Below, piece after piece: positions 48,337 to 60,523 of a DNA stretch of 60,523 nt (positions are counted from its first letter, which is position 1; each line of letters begins with the position of its first letter). Source of the DNA: Candidatus Zixiibacteriota bacterium. GTDB lineage: Bacteria; Zixibacteria; MSB-5A5; WJJR01. A program made the translations under genes and the position numbers. The DNA is taken from NCBI GenBank assembly GCA_016235085.1, contig JACRMA010000002.1:50361-110883 (forward strand), given 5' to 3'. The notes beneath the pieces are model-generated. The model saw only the letters and a program-made list of their open reading frames with translations, was not told the DNA's origin and did not search any database.

Positions 48337-49439
48337 TGGGCTTTCGCGGCCAGCGCTTTCTTCAGCGCATCGATTGCGGAAATTGGCGTCGGGTCGTGGC
48401 CATTGAGGATGGCCAGATGGTAGCTGATGAAATCGCCCATTTGCACCAGTGACATGATGCGCTCCAACCGCGTGGTCCCTTCGCCCTTCAAGTGTATGAG
48501 TGGAATCCCCTGATCGGAAATGAGCCGTTTGAACGCCGCTTGTTGCGCCGAGACGCCGGGATTGTCATCCGAGGCGGATAGCAGGATGATCGCAAGCCGG
48601 TCACTTGCGTTGGCGAGATCCATAACACCGACGATCTCATTGTGAGTCACCTCGGGGAAGGAATTGGCAAACGCCAGCGCCTTGCCGTTCTCACAGAGCT
48701 GACTCTTGATCCGGGCGGCGATGACGTCGGTTGTCCCGGACGCCCCGAGAACCGAGATAATGCGTCCGCCGATCCGAACCGCGGCTTGCTTGGCAGGATT
48801 CGTTGCCTCTGGACTGGCACGATCCAGGAGAGCGACTCGGCTGGCCAGAAGATCTGCCGCCGCCTTCAACTCCTTTGTCACATTCGCCACCAACATCGCC
48901 GGATTGTTTCCGGCGATGCCCCATTGGGCCAGCGCCATCATCACCGTGCCAAATGAATACCCGAGCGCCGCTCGCGGCATCAGGCCCCCGGGCAACTGGA
49001 TCAGCGGCCAGTGATTTTCTGCGGCCATGGCTCCAAGCCGTCCACCCGAAGCGAGTGCCAGCACACGTCTGCAACCACGCTGGGCAGCTTCTGATACCGC
49101 AGCCAGAACCTCTTCGGTGTTGCCCGAATAACTCGAGGCAATCACAAACCAATGGTCATTGATGAAAGTTGGCAGACAATGGTTTCTGACAACGATGATT
49201 GGCATCGGAGATTGCGGCTCCCAGTATAGGCGGGCCAAGTCACCACCAATGGCCGAGCCGCCCATGCCACAGATGCAAACCCCCTGGGGCGTGGTGGGCT
49301 TCTGTGCCGACCAGTCAATGCCGCTATGTAACTGGAGCGAGGCTTTGAGATGCACCGGAAATGCCGCGATCAGGTCGTGCATCAAGCCCGGATCAAGTTC
49401 ACGGTGGCGAGCGAGATTGTCCAAACTCGAGGCTGACAT
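48333..49439 (-). CDS. bifunctional phosphoglucose/phosphomannose isomerase family protein (SIS domains)
   Basis: Motifs GMGGSAIGGD, SYSGNTEE, PRAALGYSF and FPEVTHNEIVG are typical of the archaeal-type PGI/PMI family. Start at ATG 49437-49439; the longer ORF to 49712 overlaps ptsI and is rejected. Confidence 0.85.
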   Translation of the reverse strand: MSASSLDNLARHRELDPGLMHDLIAAFPVHLKASLQLHSGIDWSAQKPTTPQGVCICGMGGSAIGGDLARLYWEPQSPMPIIVVRNHCLPTFINDHWFVIASSYSGNTEEVLAAVSEAAQRGCRRVLALASGGRLGAMAAENHWPLIQLPGGLMPRAALGYSFGTVMMALAQWGIAGNNPAMLVANVTKELKAAADLLASRVALLDRASPEATNPAKQAAVRIGGRIISVLGASGTTDVIAARIKSQLCENGKALAFANSFPEVTHNEIVGVMDLANASDRLAIILLSASDDNPGVSAQQAAFKRLISDQGIPLIHLKGEGTTRLERIMSLVQMGDFISYHLAILNGHDPTPISAIDALKKALAAKAQ

Positions 49440-49476
49440 GTTCACATTACTCCGCCCCTGCCAGGGGTTCGGCGGC

Positions 49477-51243
49477 CTATACTCTGATTCCGTGCTGTCC
49501 GGCAAAGCGCAACGCCAGTTGGCGGCCCTGTTCCAGTGTGGCCGACTCCAGGAAGCGCTCGACCAGTTTTCGAGCGTCGGCGTAACGCAGATTGCGAATG
49601 ATCGACTTGATTTTCGGAATGGAATTGGGATGACAGGAGAGCGAGTCGATACCCAGCCCCAGGAGAATCGGAACCACCTGGGGATCGGTGGCAATTTCGC
49701 CGCAGATCGCAACCGGCCGGCGGGCCCGGTGGCCGGCTTTGATCACCGCGGCCATTTGCCGCCACAGCGCGGGGTGCCAACGGTCATTGGGGTGGGTAAC
49801 CGCGCGATTGCCGCGATCGGCAACCACTGTGTACTGCAGCAAATCGTTGCTTCCAATCGAAAGGAAATCGGATGCCTCAGCCAATTCCTCGATCATACAG
49901 ACAGACGATGGGGTTTCCACCATGATCCCCAGCGGGGTCCTGGCGTCAAACTTGACACCCTTTTTCTTCAACGCGGATTTCGCACTTTGCCAGAGCTTCC
50001 GCGCCTCTAGAAACTCCTCCACGTCGATCACCATCGGCAGCATCACCCAAACGGGACCCAACGCAGAAACCGACAGCAACGCCCGGAATTGAGCCAGCAA
50101 AGTCTCGGGATAGCGCAACGACAGGCGCAGTCCGCGTAACCCAAGAGCGGGATTCGGCTCCGGGGAACGGCCGGGAATCGCCTTGTCGCTGCCCAAATCG
50201 AACGTCCTGACCACCAGCGGCCGGCCTCCGAGTGCCTCGACCGCCTCGCGATAGGTGGCGCGCTGCACGCTTTCCGACGGGTACTTGCCGTGTTCGAGGA
50301 ACAGGTATTCTGTCCGATAGAGTCCGACGCCGTCCGCACCCGCCTCGGCGACGGATGTCGCCTCGCGACCCAGGTCGATATTCGCCATCAACCGGACGCG
50401 GTGCTTGTCAGGAGTCGTGGCCGGCAGCTCACGAAGCACCTCGAATTTCTTTGGCCACGGCGCCAGGGTGCGTTTGCGCTTCCGCTGGATGAATTCGATC
50501 GTCGCCGGATCCGGCTCCAGAATAACGAGGCCATTGTATCCGTCAACCGCCACTAGACCGCCCGATCGCACCATCCGTACATCAAGACCGACTCCGACAA
50601 CCGCGGGAATGCGCAACGACTTGGCCAGCAGGGCCGTGTGTGACGTCTGGCCGCCGCCCTCAGTGACAATCCCGAGTACGCAGTCACGTTTAAGACTGAT
50701 GATATCCGACGGAGTGATGTTGTCGGCGAACAAGATCACCGGCGCAGACAGCGGTGTACTGAGCGAGGCTCCCAGACCCAGCAGGCAATTGACAACCCGT
50801 GTCTTGACCGCCTCGATGTCATTGACCATTTCGCGCAAGTACGGATCGGACGCCCGCGCGATCGATTGCTGCGCCTCAGTGAGCACACGCGAGTAGGCGT
50901 TCTCGGCCCCGATCTGCTCCCGCTCAATGAAACCCTTGACCTGTGCTACGATGGCGGCATCATCGACGATCATGACCTGCGCGTCAAAGATCTTCCCGAG
51001 GGCCGAACCCACGGTGCCCCCGGAGTCGCCCTTCAAGCGCAAAAGATCATCCCGCACCATCGAGAGGGATTCTGCAAGGCGTGCGAACTCGGCTTCGACT
51101 TCGGCAAGTGAAGTCAGATGCCGAATCGGGGGTTGCTCATGGCGGACACTGTGAACGAACGCCGGTCCCAGCGCGATACCAGGCGCCGCCGGGATGCCCC
51201 GCCATCGCCGTCCCGTACGCTTTTTGGTCGTTTCTTCGGTCAT
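49477..51243 (-). CDS. ptsI: phosphoenolpyruvate-protein phosphotransferase (PTS enzyme I)
   Basis: Active-site His region GGQTSHTALLAKSL and a PEP-utilising C-terminal domain (LSIGSNDLLQY). 588 aa. Confidence 0.95.
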   Translation of the reverse strand: MTEETTKKRTGRRWRGIPAAPGIALGPAFVHSVRHEQPPIRHLTSLAEVEAEFARLAESLSMVRDDLLRLKGDSGGTVGSALGKIFDAQVMIVDDAAIVAQVKGFIEREQIGAENAYSRVLTEAQQSIARASDPYLREMVNDIEAVKTRVVNCLLGLGASLSTPLSAPVILFADNITPSDIISLKRDCVLGIVTEGGGQTSHTALLAKSLRIPAVVGVGLDVRMVRSGGLVAVDGYNGLVILEPDPATIEFIQRKRKRTLAPWPKKFEVLRELPATTPDKHRVRLMANIDLGREATSVAEAGADGVGLYRTEYLFLEHGKYPSESVQRATYREAVEALGGRPLVVRTFDLGSDKAIPGRSPEPNPALGLRGLRLSLRYPETLLAQFRALLSVSALGPVWVMLPMVIDVEEFLEARKLWQSAKSALKKKGVKFDARTPLGIMVETPSSVCMIEELAEASDFLSIGSNDLLQYTVVADRGNRAVTHPNDRWHPALWRQMAAVIKAGHRARRPVAICGEIATDPQVVPILLGLGIDSLSCHPNSIPKIKSIIRNLRYADARKLVERFLESATLEQGRQLALRFAGQHGIRV

Positions 51244-51248
51244 GTCGG

Positions 51249-51557
51249 TCAGGCTTCGCCGAATCGGATTTCGAAGACGCGCGCCAGCGCTTCGATGGCC
51301 TTGTCCTCATCCGGACCATCGGCCTTGATAATGACAGTCGATCCCATTTCGGCGGCGAGGGTCATTACACCCAGCATGCTCTTGCCGTTGACCTCATTGC
51401 CGTCTTTAGACAGCCAAATCTCAGACTTGAACTTGGCGGCGGTTTGGACCAGCATCGCGGCAGGACGTGCATGCACCCCGAGGGGGTTGGTCACTTTCAC
51501 TTTACGCTCGTTCACGATCCCAACGGTCGGCCCACCAGCCGGCTGCGAGCGTTTCAA
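51249..51557 (-). CDS. ptsH: phosphocarrier protein HPr
   Basis: VTNPLGVHARPAAMLV (His15 motif) and GKSMLGVMTLAA (Ser46 region). Its start overlaps the dprA stop (ATGA). Confidence 0.9.
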   Translation of the reverse strand: MKRSQPAGGPTVGIVNERKVKVTNPLGVHARPAAMLVQTAAKFKSEIWLSKDGNEVNGKSMLGVMTLAAEMGSTVIIKADGPDEDKAIEALARVFEIRFGEA

Positions 51558-52758
51558 GCTTCTCGTGAGAACATATTACCCGCCGATTGCCTGACGACGC
51601 CCTTGAGTTCCAAGGTCAACAACACGGCGGCACACTCGGCAGCCGACAGGTTCAAAGAAACGGCCAGCCGGTCGATGTGGCAAGCGGAACCTCCCAGTCC
51701 CGCGAAAACCCGGGCTTCCATTTCCGTCATCGCCGGCAGGGGACGCGCTATTTTGGAGGGCACGACCGACGACGACGAGGATCGAATTCCCAACTCCGAG
51801 AGGATGTCGTCGACGCAGGTGACCATCTTGGCACCCTGCTTGATCAGCTCATTGACGCCGGCCGCGTGCGGTTGGCCGATTTCCCCGGGAATGGCGTAGA
51901 CGTCCTTCCCCTGTTCGAGAGCATGATGTGCGGTCAGAAGCGCTCCCGATCGCTCGCGGGCCTGCACGACCAGAACGCCTGCCGAGAGTCCGGCAATGAG
52001 GCGATTGCGCACCGGGAAATTCTGAGGCTCAGGCGGAGTCCCGAACGGAAATTCGGTGACGACACCGCCCCGCTCGATGACCCTCGGTATGAGTGGCTTG
52101 TTCTCGCTGGGATACACGAAATCCGGACCGCATCCCCAGACGGCCAACGTGGCGCCACCGGCATCAAGCGCGCCAATGTGCGCTGCCGTGTCGATTCCCC
52201 GTGCGAATCCGGAAACGATGAGCACACCGGCGGCGGCCAGATTGCTGGCCATGTCTTTTGCCGTCCTCATACCGTAGTCAGTTGACTGCCGGGAGCCGAC
52301 AATTGCGATGCTGGGCAGCTCCGGAATCTGGCCCCGGACGAACAGATACGGTGGTGGTGTGTGCAGGGCGGTCAGCGCCGCCGGATACTCCGGTCCCCCG
52401 AACACGGCCAGGGACCATGGACTGGCGGCCAGCAACTCGACCTGCTTCTCTCCCCATGCCAGTGCCTTCTGACGGTGAACTCCGGTCTCGACGCCGGAGC
52501 GGACCAGACCGGCCCCAATCCAGTCGCGGTCGGAATGCTCCCAAGCTATGCGGGGCGTCCCGTAGGCTTCGATCAACTTCACGTAGGAACGCCTGCCGAT
52601 GCCCGGCAGACGCGACAGGGCCAACCACAACTCCGCATCCGGGGGAACTCGTTTGAGGCTCTCGCCCAACACGGACTCCCCGAGGTTCGGGTCACCGGAT
52701 GTCGCCAATCCTGCTCTGTCCATGCTTGCTGTAGCCCACGCCTCAGATCGAGTTGTCA

Positions 52759-52759
<1 letters not shown>
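51554..52759 (-). CDS. dprA: DNA processing protein DprA/Smf
   Basis: Rossmann core IVGSRQSTDYG...SGFARGIDTAAH...GCGPDFVYPSEN and a C-terminal winged-helix region. Confidence 0.9.
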
Positions 52760-54578
<1,819 letters not shown>

Positions 54579-54727
54579 GGCCCATTCTCTCCAAGCTGAA
54601 TCAGCAAACCGACAACCGCAACTTAGGGGCGCGGGATCGGCAGGTCAATCACCTAGCGCGATTTCGATAAGAGATTCCGGCCCGTATCATGGGGTTGGCG
54701 AGAACCGGGAGTGCCCGACGCGGACTG

Positions 54728-55567
54728 CTAGCGTATGGAGAATCGGCCGACTTGCCCCCTGGCAATCGATTCGGCAACCAGGAGCGCTTTACGGGTCGCG
54801 GCAACATCATGAACCCGGACAATCCTGGCGCCATGCAAAGCCGCCCATACGGCTGCCGCAAGCGAACCCTCCAGCCGATCCGGCGTGTCATCACCGGTGA
54901 TCTTGCCGATGAATGACTTCCTTGACGCCCCCACCAGCACCGGATACCCCAGTTCTGCGAATCGTGGGAGATTGGCCAGAATAGCCAGATTATCGTCCTG
55001 CCGTTTGCCGAAACCGATACCGGGATCGACAATAATGTGATCATCTCTCACCCCCGACCGCAGGGCGAAGTCCGCCCGCTGTTGGAGGAAGTCTCGAACT
55101 TCCGTCACCACGTCGGAGTAATCGGGCGCCGTTTGCATGGTCCGCGGCGTTCCCTGCATGTGCATCAGAACAACCATGCTCACGGACTTGGCGGCAATGT
55201 CAGCCATTTCGGCGTCGTCACGGAGCGCGGAAATATCATTGATCCAATTCGCCCCAGCCGACAACGCGGCAGAGGCAACCGTAGCCTTTGTGGTGTCAAT
55301 TGATATGGGCCCATCCCAGAAGGATCGGATGCGTTCGATTACGGGAATGGTGCGGCGTATCTGCTCTGCCGGATCGACCGGCAGGGAACCGGGGCGAGTG
55401 GATTCTCCGCCAATGTCCACGATGTCCACTCCGTCCACTATCATCTGCCGGGCATGAGCCACAGCGGTCTCGACAGACATAAAGCGGCCACCGTCCGAAA
55501 ATGAATCGGGCGTGCAGTTGAGCACGCCCATTATCCAACATCCTCTGGAATTCGGAATAAGCCGCAT
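54728..55567 (-). CDS. folP: dihydropteroate synthase
   Basis: Motifs IMGVLNCTPDSFSDGG, DIGGESTRPG and GASRKSFIG. Start at ATG 55565-55567; the ORF extends to 55600, overlapping the ftsH end. Confidence 0.92.
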   Translation of the reverse strand: MRLIPNSRGCWIMGVLNCTPDSFSDGGRFMSVETAVAHARQMIVDGVDIVDIGGESTRPGSLPVDPAEQIRRTIPVIERIRSFWDGPISIDTTKATVASAALSAGANWINDISALRDDAEMADIAAKSVSMVVLMHMQGTPRTMQTAPDYSDVVTEVRDFLQQRADFALRSGVRDDHIIVDPGIGFGKRQDDNLAILANLPRFAELGYPVLVGASRKSFIGKITGDDTPDRLEGSLAAAVWAALHGARIVRVHDVAATRKALLVAESIARGQVGRFSIR

Positions 55568-55589
55568 CGGGCAATTCCCAAAACGCCGA

Positions 55590-57581
55590 CTAAGTTGCAC
55601 GAGCCGGCTGAGGCTTTACGTCAGCCGACGACGACTTCGTCGGTGTGTCATTGGGTGGACGCTTGGCCAGGGTGTCACCGCGAAGGATCGCGTCGATCTC
55701 GTCGCCATCAAGTATTTCGCGTTCGAGCAGCGACTTGGCGATGGCGTGCAGGTCGTCCATATGGTTGGAGAGCACTTCCGTCGCTTTGGCCTCGGCTTCG
55801 GCGGTAATCCGTTTCACATCGTCGTCAATCATCTGCGCCGTGCGCTCCGAGTAATCGCGGTGCTGCGCGATTTCGCGACCCAGGAAGATTTCTTCCTGCT
55901 TCTTCCCAAAGGTCATGGCACCAAGCTTCTCGGACATCCCCCATTCGCACACCATTTTGCGCGCGAGTGCGGTCGCCCGCTCGATGTCATTTCCGGCCCC
56001 GGTCGTATAACGGTCGAAAACCAGCTTCTCCGCAACCCGGCCACCCATAGTGTAGATCAGACGCGCCTCGAGATACTCCTTCGAGTGCGTGTGTTTCTCG
56101 TCAATCGGCAGGAAGTGTGTCAGGCCAAGTGCCATGCCGCGCGGAATAATGGTCACCTTGTGCACCGGATCGGCGCCGGGAGACATCTTGCCGACCAAGG
56201 CGTGGCCCGCTTCGTGGTAGGCCGTCGTCTTCTTTTCCTCTTCGGTGATGACCAGCGAACGGCGCTCAGTCCCCATCATGACTTTGTCTTTGGCATCCTC
56301 GAAATCACTCATGATGACTTTGTCGCGATTGCGGCGTGCCGCCAAAAGTGCCGCTTCATTGACCAGATTAGCGATGTCGGCACCCGAGAGTCCGGGCGTC
56401 CCACGGGCCAGCACTTTCAAATCAACGTCATCGCCCACCGGAATTTTCCGCGTATGGACTTTCAGGATTCCCTCACGTCCGCGAACATCGGGCGAATCGA
56501 CAACCACCTGACGGTCAAAACGGCCGGGACGCAGCAGCGCCGGATCCAGCACATCGGGGCGGTTGGTGGCAGCCAGCAGGATCACACCCTCGTTCGATTC
56601 GAACCCGTCCATTTCGACCAACAACTGATTCAGCGTCTGCTCGCGTTCATCGTGGCCACCGCCAAGTCCGGCACCACGGTGCCGTCCGACGGCATCGATT
56701 TCATCGATAAAAATGATGCACGGCGCCGAGCGTTTGCCCTGCTCGAACAGATCGCGCACACGGGAGGCGCCGACACCGACAAACATCTCGACAAAGTCCG
56801 ATCCGCTCATCGAGAAGAATGGCACGCCCGCCTCCCCGGCAACCGCACGGGCCAACAGGGTCTTGCCGGTCCCCGGAGGGCCGAGAAGCAGCACGCCTTT
56901 GGGAATCTTGCCTCCGAGCTTCTGAAACCGTCCGGGATCACGCAGAAACTCAATGATCTCCTCCAGCTCCTCTTTGGCCTCTTCGGCGCCGGCGACATCA
57001 TTGAAGGTCAGCTTGGGTTTGTCCTCGTTCAACAGCTTGGCGCGGCTCTTCCCAAAAGAGAAGATCCCCTTGGGACCGGACTGCATCTGGCGGAACATGA
57101 ACACCCAGAAGAAGACCAAAATGAGAATCCACGGAGCGAAACCCAGGATCAGGCTGGTCCAATTGATGCCTTCTTCCTGAGCGTTGATCTTTACGTGTTT
57201 TAGTTCCACCCGCGCAACGAACGGTGCGGGATCGGTCATCGGGAGCAACATCCAGAATTCACGGACTTTGACACTCTTGCGCCCAACCGTCTTGAGAATC
57301 TCGACTTTGAATTCACCTTCGACCTTGCGGTCCACAACGGTAATGGACGTCACGTTGTCGGCATCGAGTTGCTCGATAAACTCGGTGTAGGTGACCTCGG
57401 TTTGCTGCGCCTTGCCGAAATTGTAGTAGTTGATCAACAGCGCCGACATCGTGATCAGCGCCAGCCAGAAGATCAAGGTCCGCGAGGACTTCTTCCAGGG
57501 GAATTGCGGCTTGTTATCGCTCTCGCTCGGGCGCTTGCCTGATCGGGGAAGCCCCGGAAGCTTATTGGGGGAATCACTCAC
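55590..57581 (-). CDS. ftsH: ATP-dependent zinc metalloprotease FtsH
   Basis: Two TM helices, Walker A GPPGTGKT, Walker [10 protein letters not shown], second region of homology, and zinc motif HEAGHAL. Confidence 0.97.
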   Translation of the reverse strand: MSDSPNKLPGLPRSGKRPSESDNKPQFPWKKSSRTLIFWLALITMSALLINYYNFGKAQQTEVTYTEFIEQLDADNVTSITVVDRKVEGEFKVEILKTVGRKSVKVREFWMLLPMTDPAPFVARVELKHVKINAQEEGINWTSLILGFAPWILILVFFWVFMFRQMQSGPKGIFSFGKSRAKLLNEDKPKLTFNDVAGAEEAKEELEEIIEFLRDPGRFQKLGGKIPKGVLLLGPPGTGKTLLARAVAGEAGVPFFSMSGSDFVEMFVGVGASRVRDLFEQGKRSAPCIIFIDEIDAVGRHRGAGLGGGHDEREQTLNQLLVEMDGFESNEGVILLAATNRPDVLDPALLRPGRFDRQVVVDSPDVRGREGILKVHTRKIPVGDDVDLKVLARGTPGLSGADIANLVNEAALLAARRNRDKVIMSDFEDAKDKVMMGTERRSLVITEEEKKTTAYHEAGHALVGKMSPGADPVHKVTIIPRGMALGLTHFLPIDEKHTHSKEYLEARLIYTMGGRVAEKLVFDRYTTGAGNDIERATALARKMVCEWGMSEKLGAMTFGKKQEEIFLGREIAQHRDYSERTAQMIDDDVKRITAEAEAKATEVLSNHMDDLHAIAKSLLEREILDGDEIDAILRGDTLAKRPPNDTPTKSSSADVKPQPARAT

Positions 57582-58170
57582 TGGTTGGTATCTCCTCTGC
57601 GGCGGTCAGGTCGAGCTCCGCAATATAGGGCAGGTGACGGTAGCGTTCGGCCAGATCCAATCCGTAACCGACAACGAATCCGCCACCAATCTCAAACCCC
57701 ACGTATTCTATCGGCAAATCCGTCTCCCGCCGGCTCTTTTTGTCAAGAAGCGTGGCGATGGCGAGACGCCTGGGCTGCCGGGCCAGCAGGAGGCGGCGAA
57801 TATAGGCCATCGTCAGTCCCGAATCGATGATGTCCTCAATTACAATTGCCGACCGCCCGGTTATGTTTACACTCAAGTCCTTTAATAGTCTCACTCCTCC
57901 GGAGTGGGAGGTTCCTCCCCCGTAGGCGGCGATGGCCATAAAATCCACCAAGTGAGGAATCGTCACCGCCCGGCAGAGATCTGCCAAGAAAATGAAACTG
58001 CCCTTCAGGAGTCCAATCAGAACCGGAGTTTCATTGGCAAAATCAGCGTCGATTTGCGCGGCCAATTCAATCACGCGTTTCTGCAGTTGATCGGCCGTGA
58101 TCAGAACGTTCATCGGCGCCGGATGAATTGCGGACCCGGAGGGGGTCGATGCTTGCGCATTGTTTGTCAT
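57574..58170 (-). CDS. hpt: hypoxanthine phosphoribosyltransferase
   Basis: PRPP-binding loop [14 protein letters not shown] and the typical ~190-aa Hpt layout. Start at ATG 58168-58170 overlaps the tilS stop. Confidence 0.9.
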   Translation of the reverse strand: MTNNAQASTPSGSAIHPAPMNVLITADQLQKRVIELAAQIDADFANETPVLIGLLKGSFIFLADLCRAVTIPHLVDFMAIAAYGGGTSHSGGVRLLKDLSVNITGRSAIVIEDIIDSGLTMAYIRRLLLARQPRRLAIATLLDKKSRRETDLPIEYVGFEIGGGFVVGYGLDLAERYRHLPYIAELDLTAAEEIPTSE

Positions 58171-59588
58171 AGGTTCTGCACCGCCACCCGCAGGATGCGA
58201 CGGGTCTTCTTGGTGATCTTGACACGCTCTGCAATGGGCTGTCCGACAGGCCACAGGATTCCAGCCGCGTCGGTGAGCACCGGAACCATACGCCTCTCGA
58301 ACACCGGAACGTTATGATCTGCCAACACATCAAACAGCTTTTTTGTTCCGCCCAGGCCGAGCGGACGATACCGGTCACCGGCCGCAACCGGCCTCAATTG
58401 GACCGGCAAATGAACACGATCAAGATCCAAAAACACCTGGCGCCGGTCATCAAACTGGTCCGGGGACGCTTCCGTGACAACCTCCGTCTTGAACTGCCAC
58501 TTCCTCTTCGAGGCAAACGAATCGCGTACGGCCACGGACTTCGCGTCTATCCCCCTTCGCACCCGCTTCTGGACGCTCACAGCAATTCGGCCTTTCGAAC
58601 GAACGATTGAGAGCCGGCCTTGTTCGACATGATCCGATCCGTGTGTCTCACGCAGCCGGGAAAACCGCTCCACAGTCGCAGAAGTTGGCGCAATGGAAAG
58701 GCCCAACCGCCCGGCGAGTTCTCTTAGCATAAAAGGATCCAGTGAGACGTCTGCATGCGCAATTCGGGAGGCGTCCAGGGTGATCCGCTGCGCGTTCTCT
58801 GCGATCACGGCCCGTTTCAGGACTCGCGTTACCTGCGCCTGCATGTAGCTCTGCTGCCGCCAGAGCTGCTCACCCAGACGCGCCAATCCGCCCACAATCG
58901 ATGGATTACCTTTCGCCCACGAAGGAATCGTCTCCTGACGAATGCGGTTGCGCTGGTAGGCCTTCGTGACATTGGAGCGATCCATTCGGTATGAAATCCG
59001 CCCGGAGTTGAGAGACTCGCGAATTTCCTCCGGAGAACAATCGAACAGTGGCCGGATGATCCTGCCCCGCACAGGCGGAATTCCACTCAGCGCAAACGTC
59101 CCCGCCGCATCGAGCACCGCGGCCGCCACCGTCTCGGCTCGGTCACCCAGATGATGCCCGACGGCAATCCAAACGAACCCCTCACGGGTCGCGATCTTCT
59201 CCAGAAAGTCGTAACGAATCTGGCGAGCCCACGACTGAAGATTGAAGCCTCCGCCCTTCTGGGCATGAGATGGACGCAACCGGAAGAATTCAATCCCGCG
59301 CTCACGGCACAAGGCACGGCAGAAGTCCTCATCCGAGTCGGATTCCTCGCCCCGCAATCGATAATTGACGTGCCCAGCGGCGATTCGCCATTTCCGTTCC
59401 TTCGCCAGGGCAAGCAATACGTGCAAAACGCAAACCGAATCAGGGCCACCCGACAGCGCTACCAGAATGGCGGAACCACGTTTCGGCCACCCGTACCGAT
59501 CGAAGTATCCCCGGGCTTTGGTCATGATCTCCGGTGACACCGGCGGATCGGACAGGATCGGAGTCCGCTGGGCGGCTTTTGTGCTCAT
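58167..59588 (-). CDS. tilS: tRNA(Ile)-lysidine synthetase
   Basis: PP-loop ALSGGPDSV. The tilS-hpt-ftsH order is widely conserved. Start at ATG 59586-59588. Confidence 0.9.
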   Translation of the reverse strand: MSTKAAQRTPILSDPPVSPEIMTKARGYFDRYGWPKRGSAILVALSGGPDSVCVLHVLLALAKERKWRIAAGHVNYRLRGEESDSDEDFCRALCRERGIEFFRLRPSHAQKGGGFNLQSWARQIRYDFLEKIATREGFVWIAVGHHLGDRAETVAAAVLDAAGTFALSGIPPVRGRIIRPLFDCSPEEIRESLNSGRISYRMDRSNVTKAYQRNRIRQETIPSWAKGNPSIVGGLARLGEQLWRQQSYMQAQVTRVLKRAVIAENAQRITLDASRIAHADVSLDPFMLRELAGRLGLSIAPTSATVERFSRLRETHGSDHVEQGRLSIVRSKGRIAVSVQKRVRRGIDAKSVAVRDSFASKRKWQFKTEVVTEASPDQFDDRRQVFLDLDRVHLPVQLRPVAAGDRYRPLGLGGTKKLFDVLADHNVPVFERRMVPVLTDAAGILWPVGQPIAERVKITKKTRRILRVAVQNL

Positions 59589-60523
59589 AGAATTCGAATC
59601 ACCACCATCGTAATGTCGTCCCATGCGCCCTCGGGGTCGGCAAATGCATTGATCGACTCCTGAACCGCAGTGACGATCTCTTGAGCGGGTTTGCCCACGG
59701 AAGCGTGCAGGACGTCGATCAGCCGCTCGAGCTCATACATGCTGCCGTCCATGCCCGTCGCTTCCGTCACACCGTCCGTGTAAAATACCACCAGATCCCC
59801 GGATGCCAAACTGATGGCCCGCTCTTCATACTTGGAATCCTTGAAAATCCCCAGCGCGGTGCCACCTTCCTTCAACAGAATGACGGTCCCATCGGCACGG
59901 CGCAGAACACCGGGGTTGTGCCCGGCATTGCTGAAAGTGAGCACCCGGTTCCGGGTATCGAGGACACCATAGATCGCCGTCACGAACCGCGCCGAATCGT
60001 TCCGTTCACACAGCAGGCGGTTCACCTTCTTCATGATGACCCGCAGGGCGTAGTTATTGCGAATCTCTGCAATCAAGGACGCCCGGAACGACGCCATGAT
60101 CAACGCCGCCGGAATTCCTTTTCCGGCCACGTCGGCTATAGCAATACCGAGCTGGCCATCGACAATATTGATGAAGTCGTAGTAATCGCCACCCACTTCC
60201 TCGGAGGGGATATTGACACCGGCGACATCGAATCCCTCGATCATCGGCGCCTTCTCAGGCTGGAAGGTCTTTTGGATGCTGCGCGCCGTCTGGAGCTCCG
60301 CCATGATCCGGCGCTGTTCCATCGACGCCGCATGCATGCGGGCGCGCTCGATCGCGACACCGGCGTGCTGGGCAAAGGCATGAACCAGATCCAACTCGGC
60401 CTCGAAGAATCCGGCCAGCACGTCGCGTTCGACGTTGAAAATACCGACGAGCAGTTCGCCGGCAAAAATGGGCACGACCATTTCGGAGCGGGTGGCTTCA
60501 CGTGCTTTTTCGTAGCGCGAATC
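59585..60523 (-). CDS. GAF domain-containing PP2C/SpoIIE-family serine phosphatase (C-terminal part; continues beyond window end)
   Basis: PPM/SpoIIE motifs GGDYYDF, IADVAGKG and FYTDGVTEA. The upstream part reads as the end of a GAF domain. The frame stays open to position 60523. Confidence 0.85.
   Translation of the reverse strand, partial: DSRYEKAREATRSEMVVPIFAGELLVGIFNVERDVLAGFFEAELDLVHAFAQHAGVAIERARMHAASMEQRRIMAELQTARSIQKTFQPEKAPMIEGFDVAGVNIPSEEVGGDYYDFINIVDGQLGIAIADVAGKGIPAALIMASFRASLIAEIRNNYALRVIMKKVNRLLCERNDSARFVTAIYGVLDTRNRVLTFSNAGHNPGVLRRADGTVILLKEGGTALGIFKDSKYEERAISLASGDLVVFYTDGVTEATGMDGSMYELERLIDVLHASVGKPAQEIVTAVQESINAFADPEGAWDDITMVVIRIL

Noticed and set aside
49440-49712. N-terminal extension of the PGI/PMI ORF overlapping the ptsI 3' end
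   Set aside because: Family homology starts at MSASSLDNLARH (ATG 49439). The upstream residues are Trp/Arg/Pro-rich with no similarity, and they overlap ptsI.
55512-57203. 563-aa plus-strand ORF
   Set aside because: Antisense to ftsH, whose minus-strand translation carries all AAA+ and HEAGH motifs. This is a spurious shadow ORF.

Overview
This is a 60.5-kb, high-GC (about 60-65% by spot counts) chromosomal segment from a diderm bacterium. The diderm call rests on LpxH, an Omp85-type barrel, TonB/ExbBD and many lipoproteins. The lineage cannot be fixed from sequence alone. Almost every gene is on the minus strand, and 33.6-60.5 kb is one unbroken co-directional run with many 4-nt ATGA start/stop overlaps.

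Recognisable content:
- Housekeeping: gmk-yicC; yraN-rnhB; rplS-trmD-rimM-rpsP-ffh; a standalone PASTA protein; murA; lpxH; HIT; rlmD.
- Metabolism and transport: copA plus DUF302; cystathionine beta-synthase plus gamma-lyase; exbB-exbD-exbD-tonB-tonB; a PGI/PMI-type isomerase; ptsI-ptsH.
- The high-coordinate block: dprA, obg, cdaA, folP, ftsH, hpt, tilS, and a partial GAF-PP2C phosphatase.

I saw no rRNA, tRNA, CRISPR array, transposase or integrase.

Most interesting observations:
1. A double-HTH protein fused to an aconitase/LeuC-like domain that has lost all Fe-S cysteine ligands.
2. A tightly coupled four-gene membrane-protein module of unknown function (45.2-48.3 kb), followed by three unknown lipoproteins.
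3. A lower-GC islet carrying a Dam-class methyltransferase and an uncharacterised PD-(D/E)xK-like partner.
4. A 1113-aa HExxH peptidase / PD40 propeller / Omp85 barrel fusion.
5. Several distinct palindromic REP/REPIN-like elements.
6. Three conserved genes (rsmB, hutU, purL) each broken by a single lesion within 5 kb.

All functional calls come from motif recognition by eye. No database search was run.
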